Positions 62,380 to 64,000 of a DNA stretch of 64,000 nt are shown in pieces. Below the pieces are notes generated by a model. It had not been told where the DNA came from, did not search any database, and worked only from the letters and a program-made list of their open reading frames with translations. The position numbers and the translations under genes are program-made. Numbering within the stretch: the stretch's first letter is position 1; the number at the start of each line of letters is the position of its first letter. Origin of the DNA: Heterodontus francisci (lineage: Eukaryota); assembly GCF_036365525.1 (NCBI RefSeq), contig NW_027142279.1:620001-684000 (forward strand), written 5' to 3'.

Positions 62380-63699
62380 CACAGTGACTCAGAGCGATGG
62401 AGCAGTTCAAGAAAAACCCCAAAGGCAGCAGGAAATACCTGTTTCAGATAAAACCAGGCGGTGCTGCGTCCTGTTGGGTGTTTTTATCATTGGGAACATG
62501 TTTTTCACAAGAAGACAGGGCGGATTTAAATAGAAATTGAGAGGTTAAATATAGAAACAAAGGGGAATTGTGAAATAGACTTGACAGGAATGATATCAGA
62601 GCACAGAGGTTAAAGTTATCAAGAAAGTTTGAACATCGGGGGATTATTACTCCAGAAAGGAGAAGACAAGAGTAAACTTTCAGCGGTCTTAGAGAGATTA
62701 TTAAAGATTTTAATATCTGAAATGAAGATCAGATAAAAACAGACAGACAGGCAGTCAGATAGACAGATAGATAGATCCGGTGTGGTTTTATTTCACTGCG
62801 TTTTCTTTCTCCAAAGGGACAGCAGAGTGCGCTGTAGGACCCTGATAAACATCAGAGTCTGGAACACAGTTTAACAGTGACCTGGGAACACAAGGAGAAC
62901 ATTCATCACCTCGAAAACACTCCGCCCTTCAATGAGTTCGTGACTTATCAATAACTTTCTGTCGCTCCCTCTCTCCATCCCTCTCTCTCCATCCCTCTCT
63001 CTCCATCCCTCTCTCTCCATCTCTCTCGCTCCCTCTCTCTCTCTATTCCCCACTCTACCACTAGCTACAAAGCCGCCGTAAAATGGTCGAATGCGAATTA
63101 ACATTCCTGTCTTTTACTGGGGCAGTGACTGTCTCTCTATGTAGCTCGCTATTTCTCTACCTGTCTGACTTTCCCTCCAACTCTCTATTTCTCTACCTCT
63201 CTCGATATCAATCTATCTCTCTCCCTGGTGATCTATCTCTCTGTCTCTCTATCTATCCAACTCTATCTTTGGGTGATTACACTTTGTATGAACTAATTAA
63301 ACATGCTGCACTAATATAATGAATGACCATCTTTTCCGGGATTTTCTATACATTGACCAGTAGATGATGTGGTTTGTCATCAATTATCTATCAAAATCTT
63401 TTATCATCTTCAATATCTGTATCACATCTACCATTAACCTTCTCTGCTCTCAGGAGAGAAACCCCCAGCTTCTCCAGTCTCTCCACAGTAATTGAGCTCC
63501 CTCATCCCTGGTACCAGTCTTGTTAATCTCCCTCTAACCTTCACTACACAGAGTCGAACAACCCCCCAATGAACAGGAACTAACTCAGCTCGGAACCCTT
63601 AACCATCTGAGCGCTGTTTCACACTGTTCAAAGGCGAGATCCCTCTCCAGATAACTTCATCTCTGGGACACCTGCCTCCTGACAGCGAGTTCAGAAGAG

Positions 63700-64000
63700 C
63701 ACAAGTGTCCTTCTTGAATAATGGTACCACATTCGCTGTCCTCCAGTCCTCTGAGACCACTCCTGTGGCCAGAGAGAATTGAAATTTTGTGTCAGAGGCC
63801 CTGAAATCTCCTTCCTTGCCTCACATAACAGCCTGGGATATGTCTCATCCGGGCTGCGGTCTTTTCCACTTTTAAGACTGCTAAAACAGCTAATACTCCT
63901 CCCTTTAAAAGCTAATATGTTCAAGTATATCACAACCCCCCTCCCTGATATCTACACCTACATCATCCTTCTCCATAGTGAACATAGTGAAATATGCCGT
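63700..64000 (-). mobile_element. CR1 ORF2 fragment
   Basis: SPDETYPRLLCEARKEISGPL (GPDxIYPRxL motif region). Confidence 0.75.

Noticed and set aside
4381-62418. Immunoglobulin cluster, IgNAR or NAR-TCR assignment
   Set aside because: No D/J/C next to each V, no octamer at the V promoters examined, leaders present, and strong TRBV-like motifs (WYRQ, FYS, CAWS).

Overview
Eukaryotic, repeat-rich DNA from a cartilaginous fish (shark-type HE1/V-SINEs, CR1, L2 and Penelope-like debris). The window is part of the variable-gene array of a T-cell receptor locus, most likely TRB. I find 13 V segments or V remnants with leader exons and 23-bp-spacer RSSs. Five point left (minus strand, 4.3-17.1 kb) and eight point right (plus strand, 43.9-62.4 kb). 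Five look fully intact; the rest are pseudogenes or have a damaged RSS. Nine belong to an expanded family closely resembling mammalian TRBV30 (SQTIHQ...CAWS). No C exon or convincing D/J segment is present. Between the two divergent V blocks is a spliced, apparently intact gene of about 380 aa (22.6-36.9 kb): signal peptide, two tandem UMOD/GP2/OIT3-type D8C/D10C domains, a Ser/Thr/Glu-rich stalk and a short C-terminal domain, with no ZP module or membrane anchor. The most striking non-coding element is a 37-copy, 45-bp tandem array, 35 units of which carry a CTCF-consensus motif, starting just 3' of the RSS of an intact V. Single CTCF-like motifs also trail most TRBV30-like units, and their orientation follows V orientation. 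There are two N gaps (45806-46130, 51960-52088). All calls are by eye; no searches were run.
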